A stretch of DNA of 64,000 nt. Source: Mobula hypostoma (Eukaryota). The notes under the pieces are model-generated. The model did not search any database, was not told where the DNA came from, and worked only from the letters and a program-made list of their open reading frames with translations. Made by a program: the position numbers and the translations under genes. This document shows positions 1 through 12,318 of the stretch, in pieces. The stretch covers positions 31,248,001 to 31,312,000 of the forward strand of contig NC_086120.1 in NCBI RefSeq assembly GCF_963921235.1. Reading direction: 5' to 3'. The number at the start of each line of letters is the position of its first letter. Within the stretch, counting starts at the first letter, position 1.

Positions 1-932
1 ACTGTCTTGTCTCCCTTTCTCTTCACCATTTACACCTCGGACTTCAACTACTGCACAGAGTCTTGTCATCTTCAGAAGTTTTCGGATGACTCTGCCATAG
101 TTGGACGCATCAGCAAGGGAAATGAGACTGAGTACAGGGCTACAGTAGGAAACTTTGTCACATGGTGTGCGCAGAATTATCTGCAGCTTAATGTGAAAAA
201 GACTAAGGAGCTGGTGGTAGACCTGAGGAGAGCTAAGGTACTCGTGACCCCTGTTTCCATCCAGGGGGTCAGTGTGGACATGGTGGAGGATTACAAATAC
301 CTGGGGATACGAATTGACAATAAACTGGACTGGTCAAAGAACACTGAGGCTGTCTACAAGAAGGGCCAGAGCCCTCTCTATTTCCTGAGGAGACTGAGGT
401 CCTTTAACATCTGCCGGACGATGCTGAGGATGTTCTACGAGTCTGTGGTGGCCAGTGTTATCATGTTTGCTGTTGTGTGCTGGGGCAGCAGGCTGAGGGT
501 GACAGACACCAACAGGATCAACAAACTCATTCATAAGGCCAGTGATGTTGTGGGGAAGGAACTGGACTCTCTCACGGTGGTGTCTGAAAAGAGGATGCTG
601 TCTAAGTTGCATGCCATCTTGGACAATGTCTCCCATCCACTACATAATGTACTGGGTGGGCACAGGAGTACATTCAGCCAGAGGCTCATTCCACCGAGAT
701 GCAGCACTGAGCGTCATAGGAAGTCATTCCTGCCTGTGGCCATCAAACTTTACAACTCCTCCCTTGGAGGGTCAGACATCCTGAGCCAATAGGCTGGTCC
801 TGGACTTATTTCCTGGCATAATTTACATATTACTATTTAACTATTTATAGTTCTATTACTAGGTATTATTTGTGGAGTAACTGTAACAAAAACCAATTTC
901 CCCTGGGATCAATAAAGTATGACTATGACTAT
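1..932 (+). mobile_element. Rex1/Babar-clade LINE, 3' portion: RT C-terminal half in an open frame (1-792), 3' UTR and (GACTAT)n tail; runs off the left edge
   Basis: Frame 1 reads TVLSPFLFTIYTSDF...LQKFSDDSAIVG...LNVKKTKELVVD...YKYLGIRIDNKLDW (non-LTR RT motifs) without stops to 792. AATAAA at 911 is followed by GTATGACTATGACTAT. Confidence 0.9.
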
Positions 933-1308
933 ATAAATAACTATTCTCCACTCACTGCATTTTTGAGAGTATTTACTGTAGTTTGTTTCTACTGCTTTTA
1001 TTTGCTGAAACACCGGCCATTTGTTCACAAGTCCCACTCCACACTAAATTTTTATCTTAGGAATCTTATTCGATTTACCAGTACTTTGTAAGAACAATCT
1101 ACTAGTCTATTCCACAGTTCTTTCCCAATGCCCTGGAAAATCTGATTTCTTCATGTGCAACTTCTTCTCTCCACCGTGCTTCCAGACAGCACAATCTGGA
1201 ACATGACCATCTGCTGTGTGAAAAGCTTGTCTCCTGTCTTCTTTAGCTCTTTGGCCAAGTGCGGCCTACAAAAAGTGGCAAATACAGCCCAGTCAATCAC
1301 AGGAAAAC

Positions 1309-2212
1309 CTAGGAGGAAGCGGAGTTAGAAAGGAAGATGGCGTCAGTGAACAACACGACCAGAAGGCGACATCCTTCAGACAGTTCACGAAATAACTTCT
1401 TTTATTTCCTTCTTCTTTCAAATATGATTCAACTACAATTGGAGCCTGTGATTTACAGTTTGATGGGGTATCTTCAGGCCATTTGTGCAAACTCACACTT
1501 AGCAGACTCCGAGGAGGTTTGGTGATGCATCAAGCGAAGTGTGTGGCCTGGAGATGAGACTCTGTTTCTCCCCAAACTCGCCGATTAAGGTGCCAAGGAA
1601 GACTGAAATCGGCGAGGACGAGAGTGGAAGGCAAACGACTGTTCATTGCCACCTGCCTGCGAGTGACCAGTCTCTCTCTCGCTGCTGCCAAAGGAGTGTA
1701 CGAGTGACCAGTCTCTCTCCCTCCCCCACTCACACGCGACTCCTGAAAGAAGGTGCCTGTGTCCGGTCGGTCTCTCTCTCACTCACTGCCATTAGAGAAT
1801 GGTGCCAGAGTCTTGGATCTTGGGCAAGGTTTGACCGACATGCTATGCAGACTGGACTCTGTAGTTTATGTTGTAATGAGAGTTATGGCTGCTGCTTTCT
1901 GTTGCTGTTTTGTGCATCGTTGATCAGGGTGGACTGGCTTTGCAGCTGTGAATGGCACAGCACTTAATTGGACTGAACTGAGCTGAAGCTGGACATTGAC
2001 TTTGAGTTTGATGTTTTATATTCTGTGTGCATTGCTCATTTTTATGCCGTTTGTGTGATTTCTTCCATTTCTTTTGCGCTTTGAGGGTTTTTTCTTTGAA
2101 CAAGCTTCACCGTTTTCCTTGTTTTGTGGCCCTCTGTGGGAGGGATAGTCTCAGGGTTGCATACTGTATACATTCTTTGATAATAAATGTACTTTGAATT
2201 GTTGAATCTTTT
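1309..2212 (+). mobile_element. Long non-autonomous retroposon with a LINE-type 3' tail
   Basis: Splits a Rex1-type fragment. Non-coding body ending in TCTCAGGGTTGCATACTGTATACAT...GATAATAAATGTACTTTGAA, the tail shared with local LINEs. YY1-like AAGATGGCG at 1334-1342. Confidence 0.6.
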
Positions 2213-2442
2213 GAAAGCTCTCCCTGCCACTGAGCACATTTACAAGAAAGCAGCATCAGTTATCAAGGACCCCCACCATCCAGGCCACGCTCTTGCTTCG
2301 CTGCTGCCATCGGGAAGGAGGTATAGGAACCTTAGGTCCCACGCCACCAGGTTAAGGAACAATTATTACCATTCAACCATCAGTCTCTTGCATCAGCATG
2401 GTAAACTACACCAACAACTCTGAACTGATTTCTAAACCTATC

Positions 2443-2569
2443 AACACACATCAAAGTTGCTGGTGAACGCAGCAGGCCAGGCAGCATCTGTAGGAAGAGG
2501 TGCAGTCGACGTTTCAGGCCGAGACTTGAATTTCCAGCATCTGCAGAATTCCTGTTGTTTGCGTTTAAA
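2443..2569. mobile_element. Mini Penelope-like insertion (inverted 5' part plus sense tail), 13-bp TSD with 1 mismatch
   Basis: TSD TTCTAAACCTATC (2430-2442) / TTCTCAACCTATC (2570-2582). Body is the reverse complement of the PLE terminus, joined at 2525/2526 to the sense tail TTGAATTTCCAGCATCTGCAGAATTCCTGTTGTTT. Confidence 0.85.
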
Positions 2570-3539
2570 TTCTCAACCTATCTGCTCACTTTCAAAGACT
2601 GCAATTCATGTTCTCAGTATCATTTATTTAATTAAATACGGTTATTATATTTTTATGTTCATCATGTGCCATGTCATATGATGTAAACGATCGTGGTCTT
2701 TCCATGACCATGATTATTCTTGGCAAATTTTTCTACAGAAGTGGTTTGCCACTGCCTTCTTCTGGGCTTTTTTTTGTACTTGGACAGATTGCCTTCTTTT
2801 GCACAGTGGCTGTTTGCAAGTCTTGGTGTGTAATTTTTTATTGATTCTACTGCATTTCTCTGTTCTGTGAATGCCTGCAAGAAAATGAATCTCAGGGTAG
2901 TATATGGTGACATATACTTCGATAATAACTTTGCTTTTTAACATTGAATTGTATTATACCTGGGTTCAAACATCAGAAACCAAAAGAAAGCAGTATGGGA
3001 TTTCATGGGATAGAACTACGAATGATGCGAGTGCCATATAACTACTACCTTTCTCAATCCAAGGATCTGTCACCATTTCTGTATTCTAATTTGGGAAAAA
3101 TGGGGATCAAGCTACCACAGGAAGTGGTTGAAGTGAATGGCACAGATAAAGTTAGCTAAGCATATGAGAACGTAGTGAACAGAGGGTTACATCAATAGAT
3201 TTATGTGAGGAAAGGCAGGGAGACACTCCAGAAGAGCATAAACACCAAATGGCTGCTTTGTGCCATATGTTCCATGCACTCCAGTGTAAAATATTTCCCG
3301 GATAACTTCCCACATATTATGTTTAGCAAATATTCACTACGACTACAACAGGGTCATCCATGCCAATCAAATGGAGCACAATATGAGAGTTGTAACCAGG
3401 TGAATTCATTCAGTGGCTTTGATTGATTGATATGGTAAAACTCCTCTAAATCTGGCACACTCCGAACTTCGGTGGCGCTGGGCTGGTAAATTATCCAGAC
3501 TATTGGACATGATCCAAAATAATACTCCAACACTTTGAA

Positions 3540-3590
3540 CAACAGGAATTCTGCAGATGCTGGAAATTCAAGCAACACACATAAAAGTTG
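3540..3590 (-). mobile_element. 51-bp Penelope-like tail insertion with perfect 15-bp TSD
   Basis: CTCCAACACTTTGAA at 3525-3539 and 3591-3605 flanks CAACAGGAATTCTGCAGATGCTGGAAATTCAAGCAACACACATAAAAGTTG. Confidence 0.9.
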
Positions 3591-4169
3591 CTCCAACACT
3601 TTGAATTCATTTTACATGTTACACAGTACAATAGTACAGTAAATTTCTGACGACCCCAATGTGCTCCATTTTAAGGGAGCACAGAAAACAGCTCAGTGAT
3701 TTCCGAGGGATGTGTAGGATCCACACCACCCCGTGTGTTAGTGTGCAAATCAGCACTGGTGAGCCAGCTGATAAACCGCCTGTTTGTCAGGCCATCCTTT
3801 CATCTTTGCCTAGTACTGTGACACTTCACGCTTCATCTTTTTTCCGGGGGTGAGGGGAGGGGAGGAAATCAAACTGACAATATAAAATGGTCATCACATG
3901 ACCAGGGAGACTACAATCTTCCGAAAAGGGCCTCGAACCATTCATCGGGCACCAGTCAGGTGCCGAATTCCTGTAGTCCAGTGGTGGACACCAACTTCCA
4001 TTTGTTCCTCAGCAGTTAAACACCTGCAATCTGGCTACTGAACAGGTGAGTTTCAGGCTATTTACATTACTTAAAGAGAGCTATCACATGCATATAAATA
4101 TGTATTATGGCCCAACTATATTCAAATAAATTACATACTTATTTTAATAGTATGATAATAGTACTTTAG

Positions 4170-4530
4170 GTAAGATGCCAGGATAGAAAGGTGGAGGGAG
4201 GGTAGAAGATAGCTAGAAGGTGATAGGTGAAGCCAGTTCAGTTGGAAAGATAGAGGGCCGGAGATGAAGGGATCAGGTAGGAGAGGAGAGTGGACCATGG
4301 GAGAAACAGAGGAATGGAACCCAGAGGAAGGTGACAGGAAGGTGAGAAGAGGTACGAGGCACAGTGAGGAACAGAAGAAGAAATCGATATTCATGCTATC
4401 AGGTTGGAGGCTACCCAGACAGAATACAAGATGTAGCCTGATCGTGGAACAAGAGGAGGCCATGGAATGACACATCGGAACGGGAATGGGAATTGGATTG
4501 GAATTAAAATGTTTGGCAACAATTAAAATC
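4170..4530 (-). mobile_element. Degenerate Penelope-like element fragment
   Basis: Minus strand encodes LVFCLGSLQPDSMNIDF (GIY-YIG C-terminal motif seen in other copies), followed by the pyrimidine-rich 3' region. Confidence 0.7.
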
Positions 4531-4605
4531 GTGGGAACTGGAATTAAAATCTACAATCAGTGATTCAGGCACAAGGGTAGTGGCCCTTCCAAACACTAAT
4601 ACACA

Positions 4606-5785
4606 GGCAGCATAGTAGTTAGCGCAATGCTTTACAGTGCTAGCTGTAAGATCACGGTTCAATTCCCACCACTGTCTGTAAGGAGTTTTTACTGTGACGA
4701 GAATACACATAGATTAAGATGTAGCTGTCCTGTGCTGGCACCAGGGGTATCAGCAGTTGGTCTGCCACCTCTCTTCAGGAGAGAGAGAGAGAGATAAGGA
4801 ACACAATGAAGCAGCATTTGGAGATGTTAATGAAGGAGACATCAGTCTGGGTATTGTCAAGATCGGCTCCCCCTTTGAACCCTGAACTGTTTGAAGTAAT
4901 GGACAGGCGATACCCCAGCAGGGGGATAAAAAGGGACAGATTCGCTAAGGCAAGACACACACGTCACCCAAGGTAACGAGACCCTGGAAGCGGTGCGCCT
5001 CTCACAAGTCGGTGGAAAGCTCTTGGACGGCTGATCACGGGATCAGCCTTAGACGCTCAGGGTGGAAAGGCACGATCGGTGGGAACCTGGTGTGTGTCCA
5101 CCCTTGCCTGGGTGCCAGGTTCAGCGCAGAGAAACGGTCGTATCTGGAAACGGAGGGGTCACGGTCGGTGACCTCAGATGACATCACAAAGGGCTCGCCC
5201 GAAAGCTGACTGCGAAGGTCTGTGTGGAAGCTGTGTTGAATATTCATTCGTTTTGCTCTCTCTCCTCCGCCCCCCCACTGTCCATCGCCATGGCAACAAT
5301 TACTGCGAACTGAACTAAATTGAACTGGACTTTGTGTCACTTTGAAACTGGTCATTTACCCCTAGACAACGATAGAGCTTGATTAATCTTGTTATCTTAA
5401 TTCTGTGTACATGTGTGTTTATCATTGCTGAACTGTTGCATTTATTATTCTTTTTGATTAGAGTACTGTGTTGCTTGTTTCTTTAATAAAACTTTCTTAG
5501 TTCTAGTAATCCAACTGAGTGATCCATTTCTGCTGGTTTGGCAACCCAGTTACGGGGTACGTAACATAACGTTCATCCCGTAACTGTATGGGTTTCCTCT
5601 AGGTGTTCTAGTTTCCTTCCATATTCCAAAGACGTATGGGTTAGCGAGTTCTGGGCATCCTACGTTAGCACCTGAAGTGTGGCGACACTTACAGGCTGTC
5701 CAGCATAATCCGCACTAGTTTGATTTGAAACAATTCATTTCACTTTCTATTCTGACGTACATGTGACAACTAAAGCAAATCTTTT
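4606..5785 (+). mobile_element. tRNA-headed V-SINE (HE1-like) split by a solo LTR
   Basis: Head with B-box GGTTCAATTCC and GTAAGGAGTTTTTAC at 4606-4692. Resumes at 5571 with GTTCATCCCGTAACTGTATGGGTTTCCTC (V domain). Confidence 0.8.
4693..5566 (+). mobile_element. Solo LTR, 874 bp, probably Ty3/Gypsy type
   Basis: Termini TGTGACG...CGTAACA (imperfect inverted repeat, TG...CA). 4-bp flanks TTAC/TAAC. TATA-like GATAAAA at ~4925 and AATAAA at ~5485. Cleanly interrupts a SINE. Confidence 0.85.
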
Positions 5786-6689
5786 TAACAACTTTTATCT
5801 TAAACTTTTCCTCCCATAGTCAGTGAGCTCACATTTTTCCACATTATATTCCATATGCCCATTCACTCAAACTGTTTAAAGCCTCTCTGTATCCCCCTCA
5901 TACTCCACAGTGCTAGCCAACTTTGCATCATCAGCAAACATTGATATGTTGTACTTGATCTCCTATGAAAATCATGGATACTATCCATTCTAGGTCAGGA
6001 GTACAATTGCAGCGAGGTGCACAATAAGGACACTGAACCCTCAGTTAGACTTAGTCCTGGTGTCAGGTTCAAGTCAAAACACCAACAATTCCTTTCCTCC
6101 TACACATGCTGCCTGACCAGCTGAGTTCTTCCAGCAGTTTGATTGTTGCTTCGGCTTCCAGCATCTGCAGTCTCCTATGCCTCCAAGGACATTGAGCTGT
6201 TCAGACTGACACCAAAATATTCTGCTCCCCCTGCAAATTTAGTTATAGTTTTACTATATGCAGCATATACTGTAATAATTACTTAGGCGATAATTTCAGT
6301 CTACACCTTTCAATATGCTAACCAGTACAAACATTTCAGATTTATGTATGGAATGCCACTATCAGATTTTGGCTGGGAAGCTGGAGATGATTAAGTTCAA
6401 TACTGATCCTTGATTTTACACAGAATAAATAGTAAATGTAAAAATATCTATGCCCCTTCTGATTACAGAGAGTAAATTCAAAGCAGATTATGAAAGATCA
6501 CTGTAATCATCTTGGAACTACAGATGGAAACCACAAATATTTAAATACCAGACAAATTAAAACTGCCTTAGGCTCTGTACGTGCTTGTTGTTTCAGAGTT
6601 TCAAAAAGGTAGCTTCTTAAACTTTCCTAACAGCTTAACTGGAAAAAGCACTGTCTAGTAGTAGTGAACTATTTAATACTAGAAAACTA

Positions 6690-7005
6690 ACTAATGCTGC
6701 TGCCCCATTTCACTCTAAGATCTACTGACCCATTTGCTCACCTGTCAGTTCTTGGTCCAGCAAAAGCTAATTTTAAAACCTTATCTGCCTTGGAGGTCAC
6801 TTCATGGCACTCACACCAAAAGTTCTGTAACATCCTTGCATCCAAAAAACTACCAAGACCTCCAATCTAGAGATATGCCTTGGTGTTTTCCTTAGTGTTC
6901 ATCATTCCACCAATGACAATCAGCACTTCAGATGCCAGGAACAAAAACGCTGAAATTCCTTCTCTAAACCGCTTTTTCTGCCTCCAAGTTGGTCCTTAAA
7001 ACCTA
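6690..7005 (+). mobile_element. Ancient L2-type LINE 3' remnant
   Basis: Degenerate match to the recalled L2 3' end (CTACTGACCCATTTGCTC...TTTTAAAA...TTCATGGCACTC...CCTTAAAACCTAC). Confidence 0.45.
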
Positions 7006-7789
7006 CAGGTGATGCCCATTGAGCTCATCAAGTCCTTGCCAGCTCCCAGCAACCAACTGTATCAGTCCCATTCCCTCCCTTCCTGTTCTGCTGCATGCTC
7101 TGTCGCATGCCTACCTTGAGATTTTTTTGACACTTAAGTACCCTAAGGCCACATTACCCACCAACATATCTTCAAGATGTAGCAGGAAAATTGCATACCC
7201 ACAGAAAATTCACGCAGTTGTAGAGGGAATGCACAAAGTCCACACCAACCATAGCCAAGGTTAGGATTGAACTGGCGTCCTTGAAGCTATAAGGCAGCAG
7301 TCCCAACTCCTTGCTCGTTTCCGCTAACATCTTGTGAAAATCACTTAGGTCTGATGATTCTCCCATGAACCATCTTGAATTGTTTATTGCACTGAAGGCA
7401 CTCATATAAATGCGCACTATTGTCCTTTATTTGACCATCCAAGCAACATCAAGCAAGGCAGCAAGTTGGTCCAAAGAGCAATCTCAGCATGTATGCATGG
7501 GGATGGGGAACGGAGCAGTGCAATTCCTGCTTGCTGTTGGGAATACATGCACGCATCACCAGAGAACAGTCTAATGCCTGCTGTTGGCCATCTCCCATTC
7601 ACTGAAGTATGAATGCTTTGGGAACAACCTCAGAACTGCCAGGGGAATGGGGCTAAATCCCACCACCAGCCCATGAAATGACAGTCAGAAAAGAAGAACC
7701 GAGCCCACTTGGCAAAGGATTGGAAAAGGAAAGTAATGAACTTGAATTTAAGATGTATAACCTTGAAAAATGAAGGTGTTCTTTTAACT

Positions 7790-8030
7790 TAGAGATACAG
7801 CACAGTGACAGGCTCATGTGGCCCAATGAGCCTTCACTGCCCAATTACTCCCATGTGGTCAATTTAACCTACTAACCTGTACATCTTTTGGAATGTGAGG
7901 GGAAACCGGAGCACCCAAAGGAAACCCACGAGATCACTGAAAGAATGTACAAACTCCTTACAAACAGCAGTGGAACGGAAACCAGGTCGCAGGCACCACA
8001 GTTACATTACGTTAATCACTACGGTACCAT
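7790..8030 (-). mobile_element. V-SINE (HE1-like)
   Basis: GGAAACCGGAGCACCCAAAGGAAACCCACG is the reverse complement of the V domain. Confidence 0.8.
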
Positions 8031-8969
8031 ACGGTACCCCTTGCTCTTGCAAAATGTATTTTTTGAACTCCAATGCAGTAATGATAATGAATCAAGGTCT
8101 ACTTGTACAAAGGGATCTAACAACAACAACTGACATTTAAATGGTGCTTTAACGTAACACGTTAAACCAGAGCTCACTATAAGACTGATTATCAGTTGAA
8201 AATCACCACATATGGGACAGCAAAACAAGTGAGTGAAACTTTGTTCACGTACACACGAGGAATTCTGGAGATGCTGGAAGAGATGCTCAAAGAGGTGCCT
8301 CACACGGATTATCTTAGAGAAGGAAGGTGAAAGGGATTAGGAAGTGAATTCTTTATTCAAAGTTTGGCAGCTGAGGCACAGCTCCAAGTGGTAGAAAGAT
8401 GAAAGAGCCAGAAGTGAAGCAGTGCAGATGTCCTGGAGAGCCTCGGGAGTAAGATAAGCAGCCGGATAAGGATATTTGAGTTATATGGATTGAAATAACT
8501 GCATGAAACTTCAATGAAAAAGACTGGAAATTGGAAATATCTCCAACTTACCCATCCCCAGAAAAATTGGCTGCAGTAGTTTACAGTTCACTTAACAAAA
8601 GGCAAATGGAAATGAAGCTTTAGTGGAAAAGAAAAATAATGAACCTGAATGTATATAACCTCAGCAACTGAAAGTGCTCTTTTTATTTTTTTTCATTTAG
8701 AGGTACTGCACAGTAACAGGGCTGCAACACCTAATTACACCTCTGTAACCATAGGAGCTTCTGCTGTGAACTCAAAAGTACACTTCCTTGTAGATCCTTT
8801 TTAAATAATGATGACCTGGCCTGTTGAATAACAGTCATGCTATATTTAATTCCCTCAACTCTTGGTTCCTCTTTTTGAATTGTCTAATGATTCAATAGTA
8901 TCCCTTTGCTCCATTGTCTCAACTGTTCAATAAAAATACTGTTTTGAGCTCGAAATGGACGTCAGATTA

Positions 8970-9870
8970 TCAACAACACACACAAAACGCTGGAGAAGCT
9001 CAGCAGGTCAGGCAGCATCTATTGAAAAGCATAAACAGTCTATTTTTCGGGTCAAGATCCTTCTCGGGACTGACAAGGAAGGGGGGAGAGGCTAGAATAA
9101 AAAGGTGGGGGAGGGCAAAGAAGCTAGCTGGAAGGTGATAGGAGAAGCCAGATGGATGGGAAAGGTCAAGGTCTGGAGAAGAAATAACAAGATAGGAGAG
9201 GAGAGTGGACAATAGGAGAAAGGGAAGGAGGAGGGGACCCAGTGGGGAGTAAAAGGCAGGTGAGAAGCGTAAAGGTCAGAGTGGGGAATAGAGGAGGGGG
9301 GAAGTTTGTTCACCAGAAGGAGGAATCAATATCCATGCCATCAGGTTGCAGGCTACCCAGTGGAATACAAGGCATTGCTCCTCCGCCTTGGCACAAGAAG
9401 AGACCATGGATTGACACATCAGAATGGGAACAGGAATTGGAATTAAGGTGTTTGGCTGTCAGGAAGTCCTGCTTCTGATGGATGGTGCGGAGGTGCTCAA
9501 CAAAGCGGTCCCCCAATTTATGACAGGTCTCACCAATGAAAACGAGGCACCGGACACTATGGACCAACCCCAGCAGATGTGCAGGTGAAGTGTTGACTGT
9601 TTGGGGCCCTGAATGGAGGTGAGGGAGGAATTGTATGGGCAGGTGTAGGACTTAGGCCGCTTGCAGGGATAAGTGCCCAGAGGGAGATCAATTGGAAGGG
9701 ACGAATGGTCAAGGGAATCGCAGAGGGAGCAATCCTGGGGAGAGCGGATGGCGGGGTGAGATAAAGATGTGCTTAGTGGTAGAATCCCTTTGGAGATGGC
9801 GGAAGCTGTGGAAGATGATGTGTTGGATGTGGAGGCTGATGGGGTGGTAGGTAAGGACAAGATGTTATCT
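8970..9870 (-). mobile_element. Penelope-like element, GIY-YIG endonuclease remnant plus terminal repeat
   Basis: Minus ORFs give GTYPCKRPKSYTCPY and VRCLVFIGETCHKLGDRFVEHLRTI...LGSLQPDGMDID. Decayed hammerhead motif at ~9040-9072. Confidence 0.88.
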
Positions 9871-10244
9871 GACAAAACACAGCAGAGATGCACCATTCTG
9901 ATGGGTCAACTTCTAGTGCAATATCACACTCTTACATAATTAGTACCACTCTGAAAATGCAACTGAAAAATCTTAGGCCCAACACTTTGCAGTAATCTCA
10001 GAAATGTCATTACACAGAATCAACCCAGAGGCATACCAACTCTACGCTAGGCAATCTAATTTACTCCCCACTTTCAATAGAAAACCAAGGGTGTGCCACT
10101 GCCCCAGGGTGCTGTTCTCCAAACCAAGACTCAGGAAGACCAGAGGTCCTATGTGACCATTTTATTTAAAAAGCGGCAAATTTCTCTCTGATATCCTACC
10201 CACTATTCACCCCTCACTTAATATTGCTAAATATTAAACACCAT

Positions 10245-10436
10245 GGTAACAAAGTGGTTAGCATGATGCCAATACAACTTGAGGCATCAAGAGTTTGCTG
10301 TCTGTAAGGAGTTTGTATGTTCATCCTGTGAGTGCATGGGTTTCCTCCGGGTGCTCTGGTTTCCTCCCACGATCCAAAGACTAACGCACCGGCTAGTAGG
10401 TTAATAGGGCACTGTAAACTGTCTTGTGATTAGGCT
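10245..10436 (+). mobile_element. V-SINE (HE1-like)
   Basis: GTAAGGAGTTTGTATGTTCATCCTGTGAGTGCATGGGTTTCCTCCGGGTGCTCTGGTTTCCTCCCAC. Confidence 0.8.
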
Positions 10437-10652
10437 ATAATAACTTATCAACAGAGCACTTTTCATACAGGTGTTGTAGTTCAAAATGCTTTACAATGGG
10501 ATAAAGTGCAAACCTGGAAATAAAATAAAAAATAAACATAAAAATAAAAGACAAGAAAAAGTTAAAAGTAAGGTTAAATAAATACATTTTGAGCTGGCAT
10601 TTAAACGTCAACTGAGTCTGCATCCCTTGTACTTTAAGGTATTGGATTCCAC
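10437..10652 (-). mobile_element. L2-type LINE 3' end inserted in the SINE
   Basis: Minus strand reads ...ATTGTAAAGCATTTTGAACTACAAC...TATGAAAAGTGCTC...ATAAGTTATTA (L2-like terminus). Flanked by AGGCTA on both sides. Confidence 0.6.
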
Positions 10653-10680
10653 AGGCTAAGCTAGGGTTAAAAAGGTGGGT

Positions 10681-10836
10681 AACACACATCAAAGTTGCTG
10701 GTGAATGCAGCAGGCCAGGCAGCATCTCTAGGAAGAGGTACAGGCGACGTTTCAGGCCGAGACCCTTCATCAGGACACCAGAAACTTTGATGTGTGTTGC
10801 TTGAATTTCCAGCATCTGCAGAATTCCTGTTGTTGT
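10681..10836. mobile_element. Mini Penelope-like inverted insertion with perfect 14-bp TSD
   Basis: TTAAAAAGGTGGGT at 10667-10680 and 10837-10850. Inverted arms AACACACATCAAAGTT / AACTTTGATGTGTGTT, followed by the tail. Confidence 0.9.
10742..10776 (-). ncRNA. Minimal type I hammerhead ribozyme motif (PLE-associated), core intact
   Basis: Minus strand GTC-CTGATGA-AGG gtctcgg CCT-GAAA-C-GTC-GCCT: CUGANGA box, stem II, GAAA box, GUC triplet and palindromic ACGU stem III. One mismatch in stem I. Confidence 0.75.
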
Positions 10837-11976
10837 TTAAAAAGGTGGGTTGCTGTTCTGCGCTATAACCTCTAAAATAAAAAAATTATTATTTGATAAC
10901 CACCACATTGTTGTTTACAGGATTCTGGTACAAATTGGCTACTCTGTTTCCCATATGAGATTTCACTACAGATATAATGTTTAGAAATCTCCAAAGGGAT
11001 ACCAAGGACTCTGTATGTTTACCTGTAATGGATTATTATTTATTACTGCATAACATATATAACGAAGACAACGACTGGAAACGCACGATACTCGTTATCT
11101 GAATCTCTGGCCCATTAAGCCTGCCCCATAAACCAATGCCAAATGGGGGTGGGGGCAGTGGAGAAAGTGGTCAGGAGCGGCGCCGGTCTGCAACGTCAGA
11201 AACTGGTGCTAAGAACCCCTTAGAAATGCGTCTGCTCAGCGTCACCGTCACCATGGTGAACTGGAGCCAAGGATTCCACCAGAGAGCTCACTTCTCCCTA
11301 CCCCCTAAACGCCCGTCAAACCCGATTGTCGTTGCCGGGTAAACGCTGCAACTGGCCCAATTCACAAAAATGAAATCTGAATGCAAGCATCGTTTGCACT
11401 GAAACGTACTGTTATGTAAAGCAGCGCAAAGAATTCGTTCTTGACCATGTCTTTTGTCTCAAGAAATGATGTCACTCCTACAAAGCCAAGCAGACGAGAT
11501 CCAAATTTCTAACTGTGTAGCCCATAGCAAGCGAACAATTCAAACGATCATAATAGGATCAACTTATATCCCTCCTCCCCTCCCACCCCTTCCTCTGACA
11601 ATTCTACGATCAGACAGAAAGACAAACAAACGTTCCGTCGTCACACGAGCTACAGAAGACAGGCAGAGGCGGACAAAAAAAAACATGAGTCAGGAAGACT
11701 GGCGAGAGACGTTTGCTGCCGACTTCCATTATACGACGAAATTGCTCAAACAATAGTCTTGGTGGGGCGGGACACACAGACACACAAATATAAATAAGCA
11801 GCAGCTAAGCCAGAGGGCCAGACGCATTAAAATCACGTGGGGGGGATGGGAAAGAGAAGAGGGCACTGCACCAGATTCGTCCGCAAATACACGCTGGCAC
11901 CAACCAGCAGCCCAGAGTCCGGGCACTGAGGTAAAGGACGGAGTTCCCAGCTCGACACAATGTATCCCTCTCCCCC

Positions 11977-12081
11977 TCACAACACAGACACCAGAAACTG
12001 AAACAGTAACAACAGCAGAGCCGCCCCAAGCATCTCCAAGCCTTGGGTTTTGTTCCACCTACATTCTTCGGATTTTTCCAT
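11977..12081 (-). CDS. Candidate small ORF or first coding segment: MEKSEECRWNKTQGLEMLGAALLLLLFQFLVSVL*
   Basis: Follows a strong acceptor TTTTTTTTCTCTCTCTATGCTCCTTCCTCCCCAG| (exon start 12096). Kozak context AGG-ATG-G. No homology recognised. Confidence 0.25.
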   Translation of the reverse strand: MEKSEECRWNKTQGLEMLGAALLLLLFQFLVSVL

Positions 12082-12318
12082 CCTCTGCCCGTTTGGCTGG
12101 GGAGGAAGGAGCATAGAGAGAGAAAAAAAACTGACATGAAGGAAGCAGTCACAAAGGGCCAGACATTTTGAAGCCCGACAGCAAAGAATGTTTCTTTAAA
12201 TTAACCTGAGATGAGAATGCAGTTTTTCCTTTGGTAAACGGGGCGGCATTCGTTCATTAAAGACAGTACAGCGATGAGAAAGCGTGAAATGGAAGAGAGA
12301 GAATTGCAATCTTTTTAC

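Larger units (their letters stand above)
1262..2945 (+). mobile_element. Degenerate Rex1/Babar-type LINE 3' end, interrupted by a ~900 bp retroposon (1309-2212) and a mini-Penelope (2443-2569)
   Basis: ORF 2187 contains KAASVIKDPHHPGHALASLLPSGRRYRNL, the C-terminus shared with other copies in the window. The upstream part (CTACAAAAAGTGG...TCACAGGAAAACC) lies before the insert. Confidence 0.75.

Noticed and set aside
3886-4052. Exon-like GC-rich stretch ending in CAG|GTGAGT
   Set aside because: The frames I translated on either strand contain stops or give no recognisable peptide.
4606-4680. tRNA genes at SINE heads
   Set aside because: A/B boxes continue into V-SINE bodies, and no full cloverleaf is evident.
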